Assembly (NCBI GenBank): GCA_027622665.1
Contig: JAQBYT010000005.1
Location: 96,001-160,000 of the forward strand
Length of the DNA: 64,000 nucleotides
Reading direction: 5' to 3'
Origin: Verrucomicrobiota bacterium
Lineage (GTDB): Bacteria > Verrucomicrobiota > Verrucomicrobiia > Opitutales > Seribacteraceae
The translations under genes were made by a program, and so were the position numbers. Positions within the stretch are counted from its first letter, which is position 1. The number at the start of each line of letters is the position of its first letter. The notes beneath the pieces are model-generated. The model saw only the letters and a list, made by a program, of their open reading frames with translations. It was not told the origin of the DNA and made no database searches. This document shows, piece by piece, positions 1-8,488 of this stretch.

Positions 1-498
1 TAATTGAAAAATACAAACCTGTTGGTAACAATCACTATGACAATTGGAATACCAAGAATTGTTGGTGGAAGCCGTGAAAACGGCATCATGTCCACTATGT
101 ACACGGAAACCATTATTCACTCCAATTGCTTGTCAATTCCAAGCCATGAAAGAACCAGTGCAGAAAGACTGACAAGAAAACCGTAAAAAGATTAGACAGA
201 TATATTCACTGAACATTTCTTTCTTCCGACTAGGGTTGCGCCTCGGTCGCCTTTTCCTCAGGGCTTTTTGAGCGAGCGAGCATGACCCACATATGCCAAA
301 GGGAATCAACAGTCGAGGCGACCTTACCGATCAACCCGGTCATGTGACGGATGTCAGGCCGATGTATTGGCTTGGCCTCGAGATTGAAAATAATTTTTGG
401 AATTAGTTTCATTTCTCGTTTTTTTGCCTTGGTCGAAGAAATTAATAATAGTATTTAATTAACTCCTACTTCGGTCTGCAGATTTTCATTTACTAGAA

Positions 499-3252
499 GT
501 GCATATCCATAATTTTTTCTTTTTCACTCTGATTTTCTCTTTCTCCTTTCAACTGTTTCACGCAGTTGATTTTCAGAAGGAAATCTTACCACTTTTTGAG
601 GAGAACTGCATAGATTGCCACGGGCCTGACAAGCCCAAGGCTCGTCTTCGGATTGACCAGCGCCCCGTTCTTCTACGGGGAGGCGATAGCGGGTTGCCCG
701 CTCTTGTGCCCGGGAGTCCTGAAAAGAGTCATCTTATCGAGTTGATCAAGCTGAAAGACCCGGACGAACGGATGCCCAAGAAAGGGGACCCTTTGAGTTC
801 TAATGAAATTGCCTTGCTGGAGAAGTGGATTGCCGAGGGTGCCATCTGGCCGGGGCAGATGGATGCTAAATTCGAGCTCAAAACGGATCATTGGTCTTTC
901 CAGCCCGTCAAGCGGTCCGTTGTGCCTCAAGGCGCCAAACATCCGGTGGATGCGTTTCTCATTGATCGATTGGCGAAGGAAGGCCTCAAGCCGAATCCAC
1001 CAGCGGACGGTCTTTCCCTGATTCGACGAACCTCCATCGTGCTTACGGGACTTCCTCCCGAGCCTGCTCGCGTGGGAAAATTCCTTGCCGACTATGCCAA
1101 GCGCAATGATCGCGCCTTTTTCGAACTGGTCGACGAGTTGCTCGATTCTCCCCATTTCGGCGAACGGTGGGCTCAGCATTGGCTGGACGTCATACGATGG
1201 GCGGAGACGAATGGTTCGGAATCCAACCTCTACCGGAAGCTTACTTGGGTTTATCGTGATTACGTGATTCGCGCCTTCAACGAAGACCTGCCCTATGATC
1301 GCTTTGTTCGTGAACAGCTTGCGGGTGATGGTCTGGGGACGGGAGAAGCCTTGGGCTTTCTGGTGGCGGGTCCGCACGTGCCGGCCGCCACGGTCGGGCA
1401 GGAACCCTCGGCCATTCGACAGGCTCGCGCCGACCGCATGGATGAGGTCATGCAGACAGTTGGAGCTTCCCTGATCGGAGTATCCATCGGTTGTGCTCGT
1501 TGCCACAATCACAAGTTCGACCCGGTTTCGATTCAGGACTATTATTCGATGACGGCGGTTTTCCAGGATATCGAGTTCGGGAGCAGGTTTCCTGAGTTCG
1601 CGAGGGATCATCCTCGGAAGGAAAAATCTCGCGAGGTATGGAAGGATATTTCGCGAAACCGTTATAAGATTCGAGCACAGAGATCGACTTGGGAGGAAGA
1701 CTGGGGAGCCTACAAGGAGCTCCACTGGAAACCGATCATGGCCAAGGCCCTTCGCGTGTCCTTTAAGTCCGGTTACATTGGTCTCGACGAACTGGAAGTT
1801 TTTGGCAAGCCAAGTGAGGACCTCAACTTGGCTCGCAGCTCCCGGGGTACGAAGGTCCGAACGGATCCGAGGTTTTCCCAACAAGGCAATCGCTTTCCAG
1901 TTGCACGTGTGATTGACGGAAAATACGGGACGCAACGTTGGCGGGCTAGCTACAACAAACAGGCAAAGAAACAGCCTTGGCTTGAAGTTACTTTCGCGAA
2001 CCCCGTACAAGTCGGTCGCCTTCGCATCAGCACCAACCGCGAATACTATTACGAGACCGACTACCTCGAGCAAAAGAACAAGTTCAACTTTCAAGATTAC
2101 GTAGTGGAGGCCCAGCTACCCGACGGGTCCTGGCAGGAGATTGCGTCGACTGTAAAGATAAAGAAGGCGGTGCAGCAAAACAAAGACTTGTCGGATGCCG
2201 TTCTGGAAATTTCCCATCTTACTTACGAGCTTGCCGAGAATGGCCCTCGTCCCAGTTTCGTCGGTAGTTTCATCAAGCCGGTGGTCACGCATGTTTTCCA
2301 TCGAGGCAGCCCTGAGAACCCCCGTGACGTCGTGCTGCCGGGAGCACCTAAGATTCTGGCCGGCGTGCTAGGCGTTGGCAATGACGCCAGTGGCCTCGCC
2401 CGTCGGTCGCGTTTTGCCGACTGGGTCACCGACACATCCAATCCGCTCACGGCTCGCGTTATGGCCAACCGTATATGGCAACATGTCTTCGGTGCGGGAT
2501 TGGTGGTTACGGGAGGGGATTTTGGACGAGCGGGTTCCCCCCCTAGTCATCCTGAGTTGCTGGACTGGATCGCGGCCGAGTTCACAAAGCCCGGGCGATC
2601 CGGAGGTACTGCCTGGTCCATGAAGGAATTCATACGCCTGCTCGTTACCTCCGATGCTTTCCGTAGATCTAGCCAACCAACGGAGCAGGGGATGAAAAAG
2701 GATGCCACCTCTTCCCTGCTTTGGCGCTTTCCTCCCCGACGCGTAGAAGCCGAGGTCATTCGCGACGGCATACTCTTGGCTTCAGGCAAGCTTGGGCGGA
2801 AGCTGGGCGGACGTAGCTATCGCATACACAACGTTAAGAAAACCTACGCCCAGTGGGAGGTGGTCAATAATCATGGTCCGGAAACCTGGCGTCGGATGAT
2901 CTATCAGGAACGCATGAGGCGCGTGGACGATCGCATCTTTACGGCCTTTGATTTTCCCGATTGCGGTCAGGTGCGGGCCAAGCGACCCATTTCTACTACG
3001 CCATTGCAGGCTCTTAATTTGATGAACAGCGACTTTGTCGTCAATCAGGTCGTCTTGCTTGCGGAAAGAGCCGAGAGAGAAGCCGGCCAGGAAGGTTCTG
3101 CTGGTGCGGTTCGCCGATGCTTCGAGCTCCTGCTCTCACGACAACCGACTGCGGTCGAGCTGAAGGATTGCTTGCAAGTGGCTGAAGATAGAGGCCTGCC
3201 CATCGTTTGCCGGGCCCTAGTCAATTCAAACGAATTCGCTTTTCTTCCCTGA
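499..3252 (+). CDS. PSD1 and planctomycete cytochrome c domain protein (PSCyt1 + DUF1549 + F5/8-like insert + DUF1553)
   Basis: Signal peptide; CIDCH and CARCH heme-c motifs; HWSFQP, GERWAQHWLDV, YRDYVI, NPLTARVMANRIWQH, HPELLDW, TPLQALNLMN and NSNEF motifs of DUF1549/DUF1553. Confidence 0.92.
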   Translation: MHIHNFFFFTLIFSFSFQLFHAVDFQKEILPLFEENCIDCHGPDKPKARLRIDQRPVLLRGGDSGLPALVPGSPEKSHLIELIKLKDPDERMPKKGDPLSSNEIALLEKWIAEGAIWPGQMDAKFELKTDHWSFQPVKRSVVPQGAKHPVDAFLIDRLAKEGLKPNPPADGLSLIRRTSIVLTGLPPEPARVGKFLADYAKRNDRAFFELVDELLDSPHFGERWAQHWLDVIRWAETNGSESNLYRKLTWVYRDYVIRAFNEDLPYDRFVREQLAGDGLGTGEALGFLVAGPHVPAATVGQEPSAIRQARADRMDEVMQTVGASLIGVSIGCARCHNHKFDPVSIQDYYSMTAVFQDIEFGSRFPEFARDHPRKEKSREVWKDISRNRYKIRAQRSTWEEDWGAYKELHWKPIMAKALRVSFKSGYIGLDELEVFGKPSEDLNLARSSRGTKVRTDPRFSQQGNRFPVARVIDGKYGTQRWRASYNKQAKKQPWLEVTFANPVQVGRLRISTNREYYYETDYLEQKNKFNFQDYVVEAQLPDGSWQEIASTVKIKKAVQQNKDLSDAVLEISHLTYELAENGPRPSFVGSFIKPVVTHVFHRGSPENPRDVVLPGAPKILAGVLGVGNDASGLARRSRFADWVTDTSNPLTARVMANRIWQHVFGAGLVVTGGDFGRAGSPPSHPELLDWIAAEFTKPGRSGGTAWSMKEFIRLLVTSDAFRRSSQPTEQGMKKDATSSLLWRFPPRRVEAEVIRDGILLASGKLGRKLGGRSYRIHNVKKTYAQWEVVNNHGPETWRRMIYQERMRRVDDRIFTAFDFPDCGQVRAKRPISTTPLQALNLMNSDFVVNQVVLLAERAEREAGQEGSAGAVRRCFELLLSRQPTAVELKDCLQVAEDRGLPIVCRALVNSNEFAFLP

Positions 3253-3260
3253 TCCAAGTC

Positions 3261-4766
3261 ATGAATTCTGCCGATCATCTTTCATCCATCGGGCACGGCC
3301 TGCTCAACCGTCGCAACTTCCTCCGCAACACCGGTGCCGCCTTGGGTGGTCTAGGTCTCGCCGGGTTGCTTGCTCAAGACGGTCTCTTGGCTTCCGACGA
3401 CCCTACCAACTTCAGCGGCAAGACCCCTATTCGGCCAAACATCGATCCTGACAACCCGTACGCCCCCCGGCCACCTCATTACAAAGCCCCGGCTAAGCAG
3501 GTCCTTGTGATCTATTGTCCCGGGGCGGTCAGTCACGTCGATACCTTCGACTATAAGCCCGGGCTGACCAAGTATCATGGCCAGAAGCCTCCCGGCCTAC
3601 CTGCCGTCACTTTCGAAGGTCCTTCCGGCAACATCGCGAAGCCTTTTTGGGACTTCAAGCCTCGTGGGCAAAGTGGAAAAATGACTTCGGAGTTATTGCC
3701 TCGTCTCGGCGACTTGGCCGATGATTTCTGTTTTCTCCATGGCCTTCACACCCAGACTAGCGCCCACCCGCAAGGGGAGAATTTCTTCAACACCGGATTT
3801 ACGATGGAGGGCTTCCCCTCCTTCGGTGCTTGGGTCACCTATGCTCTCGGCTCGGAGAATGCGGAACTACCCGCCTTTGTCGCGATCAATGATCCGCGCG
3901 GCCCAGCCCGCTCGGGCAAGAACAATTTCGGTAATGGGTTTTTACCGGCTGCCTTTCAGGGTACCGACTTCAACGCAAAGAATCCGCCCGCGAACTTGGC
4001 CCGTCCGGTGTCTTACGCACCGGACGACGATCGCTCCACGGTAGACCTGCTGAAGCGTCTCAACGACAGGCACCTCAAAACATACCCTGGCGACGCCAAC
4101 TTGGCTGCTCGTATTGCAAGCTACGAGTTAGCCGGTCGTATGCAGACCTCGGTGCCCGAGGTGATGGAAGTTTCCGGGGAACCTCATTCCATTCAACGCG
4201 AATACGGCACAGGAGATGGGAGTAACTTGAAACGCGAATATGCCAAGAACTGTATCTTGGCTCGCCGACTTATTGAGAAAGGGGTTCGGGTGGTTCAGCT
4301 TTTCAACGGAAGCGATCCCTCCGGTGGCAACGGCATCACAAACTGGGATTCGCATTCCAATATACTCAAGACCCATGCTATGCAGGCGGAAATCATGGAC
4401 CAACCAACCGCCGCACTCATTCATGATTTGAAGCGCCGTGGATTGCTCAACCACACCCTGATCGTTTGGTGCACCGAGTTCGGTCGTATGCCTTTTCTTC
4501 AAGGCAATGGCACCGGACGCGATCACAATCCGGATGCCTTCACCTGTTTCCTCGCCGGCGCTGGAGTGAAGAAGGCTTTCACTCACGGCGAGAGCGACGA
4601 GTTCGGTTTCAAGGCGGTGACTGGTCGCACCTCCATTTACGATTTCAATGCCACTGTCTTGCATCTCATGGGCTTGGACCACGAACGCCTGACCTATTAC
4701 CATAATGGTCTTGAGCGCCGCCTGACCAATGTCCACGGGCATGTCGTGCCTGAAGTTTTGTCTTGA
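3261..4766 (+). CDS. DUF1501 family protein, Tat-exported (alkaline phosphatase/sulfatase-like fold)
   Basis: NRRNFL twin-arginine motif; SHVDTFD, SYELA, LARRLIEKGVRVVQ, WDSH, EFGR, GRDH motifs; ATG 3261 lies 8 nt after the upstream stop (ORF track opens at 3207). Confidence 0.92.
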   Translation: MNSADHLSSIGHGLLNRRNFLRNTGAALGGLGLAGLLAQDGLLASDDPTNFSGKTPIRPNIDPDNPYAPRPPHYKAPAKQVLVIYCPGAVSHVDTFDYKPGLTKYHGQKPPGLPAVTFEGPSGNIAKPFWDFKPRGQSGKMTSELLPRLGDLADDFCFLHGLHTQTSAHPQGENFFNTGFTMEGFPSFGAWVTYALGSENAELPAFVAINDPRGPARSGKNNFGNGFLPAAFQGTDFNAKNPPANLARPVSYAPDDDRSTVDLLKRLNDRHLKTYPGDANLAARIASYELAGRMQTSVPEVMEVSGEPHSIQREYGTGDGSNLKREYAKNCILARRLIEKGVRVVQLFNGSDPSGGNGITNWDSHSNILKTHAMQAEIMDQPTAALIHDLKRRGLLNHTLIVWCTEFGRMPFLQGNGTGRDHNPDAFTCFLAGAGVKKAFTHGESDEFGFKAVTGRTSIYDFNATVLHLMGLDHERLTYYHNGLERRLTNVHGHVVPEVLS

Positions 4767-4779
4767 GGGGAACTCTCGC

Positions 4780-4820
4780 CTTCCCCACTTTGCCGGAGGC
4801 AAGAGGGAATAGCTTTTTGC
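4780..4820. terminator. Possible intrinsic terminator between convergent genes
   Basis: TTGCC-GGA-GGCAA hairpin flanked by TTCCC/GGGAA and followed by GCTTTTTG. Confidence 0.3.
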
Positions 4821-4875
4821 TTCATTCAAAGCTTGGGGTGATAGGTTCTCCTCTACGAATTTCCCCTTTTGTGAT

Positions 4876-7047
4876 TTATCGTAAAGGTGAGAAGTCCAAG
4901 GCCTTGAGGTAGAGCCTTTCGGGGGGGCGAGCCAGTAATTTACCATTCACTTGTGATTCTCGGGCAACCTTTTTCCACTCGGGGTCCCGACCGAAGGCCT
5001 CCCAGTTGAGGTCGGCCTGCTTGCGGTCGGCGTGGTGGACGAGGCAGACTAGGGTGTTGTTGCTGTCCGGTCGGTCGAAGGGTGTCGAGTAACTGACGTT
5101 GTGGATGCCATGCCTGTTGAACAGGCTGGTTGTGTGCTTGCGGAAACGGGCGTTGAGCGCGGGTAGCTTTCCCGGGTTCACCACATAGGTGCGCAACTCG
5201 AAGGTTCCCCCCGGTTTGGCGATCTCATTTTTTGTGGGTGCGGAATAATCGTTTGGCGTTAGGAAGATGCTGGTCGGTTTTTCCGAAAGCAGTCCTTGGA
5301 ATTCGGGCTTGTCCATGACCCTCTCCCATTCCTTGTCGTTGAAGAAATTTGTCCAGTTGCGGTAGGCCTCGTATCGTGAGGGATGCTTAAGCAGGTATAC
5401 GAACTTCCGCCTTTTTTTGACCGACCCATCTGTCGGAATCCAATAGCCTAGGGCGTTCAATCCGTGTTTTTTAAAGATCCGGTCGGTGTGCTCGCGGAAG
5501 CGCTTTACAAGGTGCTGAAACCTACCTTCGCTTGCCTGATAGATTCGCAATTCGTATAGTGGACCCTCGAGAAGTCGGTCAGCGGGCTTTGCTAGGGCGA
5601 CCGAGGGCTGAGCGTCTCGTCCCTTTCTCAAGCCCAATCCGACCTCTTCCGGGGCGTAAAAAACCCAGGCCATGTCGTCCGAAATCTTCCTGCTCGAGTC
5701 ATGCCCTCCGATGAAGATCCCTTTGTCCTCGAAGGGCGAAGGGCAAAAGGCCCGCGGTGAAACCAAGGTTGTCTTGCCGTTCGCGTAGGCATTGTTTACC
5801 TCCAACACTTTGTAGCTCAGGTCGGGGTAGCGGATGGCATACAGGGCCCCTGCATAGAGGGCGCTTCCTTTCCATTTCAAATGGTGCTTCCCCTTGATGT
5901 TCCCCTGAAACCCGATGAGGTGTACGGTTTTTCCGGAAGCAGGATCGGTGAATGGATACGCCATGTTGTGAGCCCCCAAGGTATAGGAAACCTCGACTCC
6001 GAGTTTCTTCCTCATGAGTTCCATGATCATGGCCTCGTCGTGAACCGAGTACCCCCCTTTGCCATCCGGATCAAGACGCTTGACCTGACTTTTCGATCGA
6101 TCGCCCGGGGCCCAGAGAAATAAGAGCGATTGCCCTTTGCCTCTTGGGTTGTCAATGGCGGTCAGGCCACGGATGCCCCCGACGTCTGTATCCGTATCCT
6201 CGTTCAGGTCGATGACCTTTTCGTAGGTAGGCCGGGTTCCGTCCATTCTCCGGAATATTGCTCCTCCCTCGGAAAACAAAAGGGAGCCGTTGGCCTGGAC
6301 GATTCCGAGTGGCCGAGTGTGGAGGAAGCCGCCCTCGGGAAAGGGGAATTCCAAGTGAGGGTTCCACCTAACCTTTCCCGGGAGGGAAGGGTCGTAAACC
6401 CCGGACGCGATGCCTGGGTTTCCGAGTGACAAGAACAGGTGCTCGATCCCGGTTCTCTTGTCCAAGTAAACCTCCATGTCCCTCGGTACCCAGCGGATTC
6501 CGCCTGTATTCGCCCCGTGCCTGACCAAGGTGTGAACCCAAGCCCCCTTCTCGTCATCCCTAGTCCAGGAGGAGACGGCTCCGCCTCGCTCGAAGTTAGC
6601 GCCTGCCGCCATCACTAGCAAGTTTTGAGGCTGGGGTAGGGGGTTGCCCGTTGCATCGCGGGTGAAGGTGACGGACTTGAGGATGTTCCCTTTCATATAG
6701 GCCAACCCGCGGTCATTGGACTTGCCCATATCCAAGTCGACCTGCCATTCCGCATCGAGCGAATCGAGACGAAGCACCTGGGCCGATTGTTTTTGACCGT
6801 CGGGAGGGATCATCCAATGGGCATCCACCCAGTATCCGTTGGATGCGTAGAGTTTTCCCTTGTGAGACACAAGATGCATGATCTCGGAACCGCCTGCGTA
6901 GGCTCCCTTCTCATCGAGATATCCTGCATCGTAGCTCTGTCTCCAGCGGACTTGCGAATCAGGTTCGGTCTCTTTTGCTTGAATCGATACGAGGAGCGTG
7001 AAGAGAACGGACACCCGGGTGGGGTAGGGCATGCGGAAGGAATTCAA
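4876..7047 (-). CDS. Secreted protein: N-terminal ~480-aa beta-rich domain plus two C-terminal NIPSNAP domains
   Basis: Signal peptide (likely ATG 7032); YELRIY...RFREHT...FKKHG...GYW and FELRTY...RFRKHT...HG NIPSNAP repeats. Confidence 0.85.
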   Translation of the reverse strand: MNSFRMPYPTRVSVLFTLLVSIQAKETEPDSQVRWRQSYDAGYLDEKGAYAGGSEIMHLVSHKGKLYASNGYWVDAHWMIPPDGQKQSAQVLRLDSLDAEWQVDLDMGKSNDRGLAYMKGNILKSVTFTRDATGNPLPQPQNLLVMAAGANFERGGAVSSWTRDDEKGAWVHTLVRHGANTGGIRWVPRDMEVYLDKRTGIEHLFLSLGNPGIASGVYDPSLPGKVRWNPHLEFPFPEGGFLHTRPLGIVQANGSLLFSEGGAIFRRMDGTRPTYEKVIDLNEDTDTDVGGIRGLTAIDNPRGKGQSLLFLWAPGDRSKSQVKRLDPDGKGGYSVHDEAMIMELMRKKLGVEVSYTLGAHNMAYPFTDPASGKTVHLIGFQGNIKGKHHLKWKGSALYAGALYAIRYPDLSYKVLEVNNAYANGKTTLVSPRAFCPSPFEDKGIFIGGHDSSRKISDDMAWVFYAPEEVGLGLRKGRDAQPSVALAKPADRLLEGPLYELRIYQASEGRFQHLVKRFREHTDRIFKKHGLNALGYWIPTDGSVKKRRKFVYLLKHPSRYEAYRNWTNFFNDKEWERVMDKPEFQGLLSEKPTSIFLTPNDYSAPTKNEIAKPGGTFELRTYVVNPGKLPALNARFRKHTTSLFNRHGIHNVSYSTPFDRPDSNNTLVCLVHHADRKQADLNWEAFGRDPEWKKVARESQVNGKLLARPPERLYLKALDFSPLR

Positions 7048-7060
7048 GGGAGGGGAGGGA

Positions 7061-7798
7061 CTAGTGAATGGCGGAATAGTCCGTGGGCTTCATGTAAGTA
7101 GCTGCAGGAGGTTTAGCCAAGCGGCCGACACCCGATTGCTTGGCAGCCTTTTTCCATTCGGGGTCGGCAATAAAGTCCTTCCATGATTTCTTGGCGGCCT
7201 CGCGGTTGTCATGCTTGATGATATAGATGAGCGTATCCTTTGAATCCGGTTCGTCCATTGGGTGCCAATAAGCTACCGACTTCATTCCGTGCTTCTCGAA
7301 AATCCTGATCGTATGGTCCCTAAACCGGGCATCGAGTTTCCCCAGTTTCCCCTTGGCCGCCTTGTAGATGCGCAGTTCGAAGACATCGTCCTTCTCAGTC
7401 TTTCCGTTTTTCCAGTCGGTGGAGTAATCGGTTTCATTCATGTATACGGAGTCTGGCCGTTTCGCTAGTATTTTTCCGTCCACCTGTGATTCCCGAGCCA
7501 CCTTTTTCCATGCAGGATCGCTACCAAATGCCTTCCATGATGCTTTGGCCGCATCCCTGCTCTCGTGCGTGATGACATAGATCAGAGTGTTCTTTGATTT
7601 TTCCCCGTCGGTGGGCACCCAGTATCCAACAGACTTGATTCCGTGTTTATTGAACAAGCCCAGGGTGTGGTCGCGAAAGCGGGCATTGAGGTTGTCCAGT
7701 TTGCCGGGGTTGGTGACATAAGTCCGGAGCTCGTGCACTGCTCCGAAGGAAAATTGTCCTAGAAGGCAGGTTACGAGCAAGGTGGTGAATCTTTTCAT
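7061..7798 (-). CDS. Secreted tandem NIPSNAP family protein
   Basis: Signal peptide; two ELRxY...RFRDHT...HG...YW...W..F..DP.W repeats. Confidence 0.9.
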   Translation of the reverse strand: MKRFTTLLVTCLLGQFSFGAVHELRTYVTNPGKLDNLNARFRDHTLGLFNKHGIKSVGYWVPTDGEKSKNTLIYVITHESRDAAKASWKAFGSDPAWKKVARESQVDGKILAKRPDSVYMNETDYSTDWKNGKTEKDDVFELRIYKAAKGKLGKLDARFRDHTIRIFEKHGMKSVAYWHPMDEPDSKDTLIYIIKHDNREAAKKSWKDFIADPEWKKAAKQSGVGRLAKPPAATYMKPTDYSAIH

Positions 7799-7931
7799 GA
7801 CGGCGATTTATTATATTGTGATCGGATTAAGCGTGGGTGGGTCATTCATGCCCTAGGAAGAAAAGATTTCAACGATCAAAGCCAGTACTTAATGAAATAT
7901 TGAGCCAAGCTGGAGGGTCTACCTGAATATG

Positions 7932-8426
7932 TCAGAAGGGAATTCCAAAATGAAGACCAATCATGTAGTGATCTCCTTCCTTGGAATCGGCATAACCTAT
8001 TACCGGGCCTACCTCGTATTCGCCTACCTCAAATCCGTAGCTCGCCTCAAGGTGGGTGGCGTAGTGATTTTCCCAACCATCTTCCTCGTCTGCCCAGACG
8101 ATTCCTGGTGACAGGCTGAGTGCCAAGTGTTTCATTGGGAAAAAAGTCAAGGTGGCCATTAGGCTATGATGGGTGTGATCGGCGAAGATCGTCTCGAAAC
8201 CAAGCCCGACGCCAAGTCGCTCGAGGAATTCAGAACCGTCGAGACGCTTCAGCAGGTGGAGATGAACCGAGGGTGCCGATTCCTTTTCTGCTTTTAGCCT
8301 TACGTGGGAGAGGGAGAGCCCAAGCTCCCTTTTGTGATGGTGTTGATCCTCTTTTTCTGCCTTTACGAAAAAAGGGAGCGAAGCGAGCATGATCGAAATG
8401 AGGCAAAGAATAGAAGACGATTTCAT
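7932..8426 (-). CDS. Small secreted/outer-membrane beta-barrel-like protein with His-rich N-terminus
   Basis: Signal peptide, DQHHHK, alternating amphipathic strands, C-terminal aromatic residue (GLHFGIPF). Confidence 0.65.
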   Translation of the reverse strand: MKSSSILCLISIMLASLPFFVKAEKEDQHHHKRELGLSLSHVRLKAEKESAPSVHLHLLKRLDGSEFLERLGVGLGFETIFADHTHHSLMATLTFFPMKHLALSLSPGIVWADEEDGWENHYATHLEASYGFEVGEYEVGPVIGYADSKEGDHYMIGLHFGIPF

Positions 8427-8454
8427 AATTTAAAAGAATCCAAATAAGCCTTAA

Positions 8455-8469
8455 CGCAATTAGATTGCA
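8455..8469. promoter_or_regulatory. Palindromic operator candidate (Fur/Zur-type)
   Basis: CGCAATTAGATTGCA (GCAAT-N3-ATTGC) about 30 bp upstream of the His-rich barrel start. Confidence 0.4.
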
Positions 8470-8488
8470 ATAAGAAATTGGCTTCAAA

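Noticed and set aside
1..412. Short ORFs 4-186 (+) and 230-412 (-), and a stop-interrupted frame starting IEKYKPVGNNHYDNW
   Set aside because: No recognisable motif; may be a gene end or relic cut by the window edge. Mixed TGA/TAG stops and TGA-terminated genes elsewhere argue against recoding
673..2094. 473-aa antisense ORF (likewise 4128-4946, 52482-53231, 57901-59199, 63131-63994)
   Set aside because: Shadow ORFs opposite well-supported genes, expected from codon bias; no motifs
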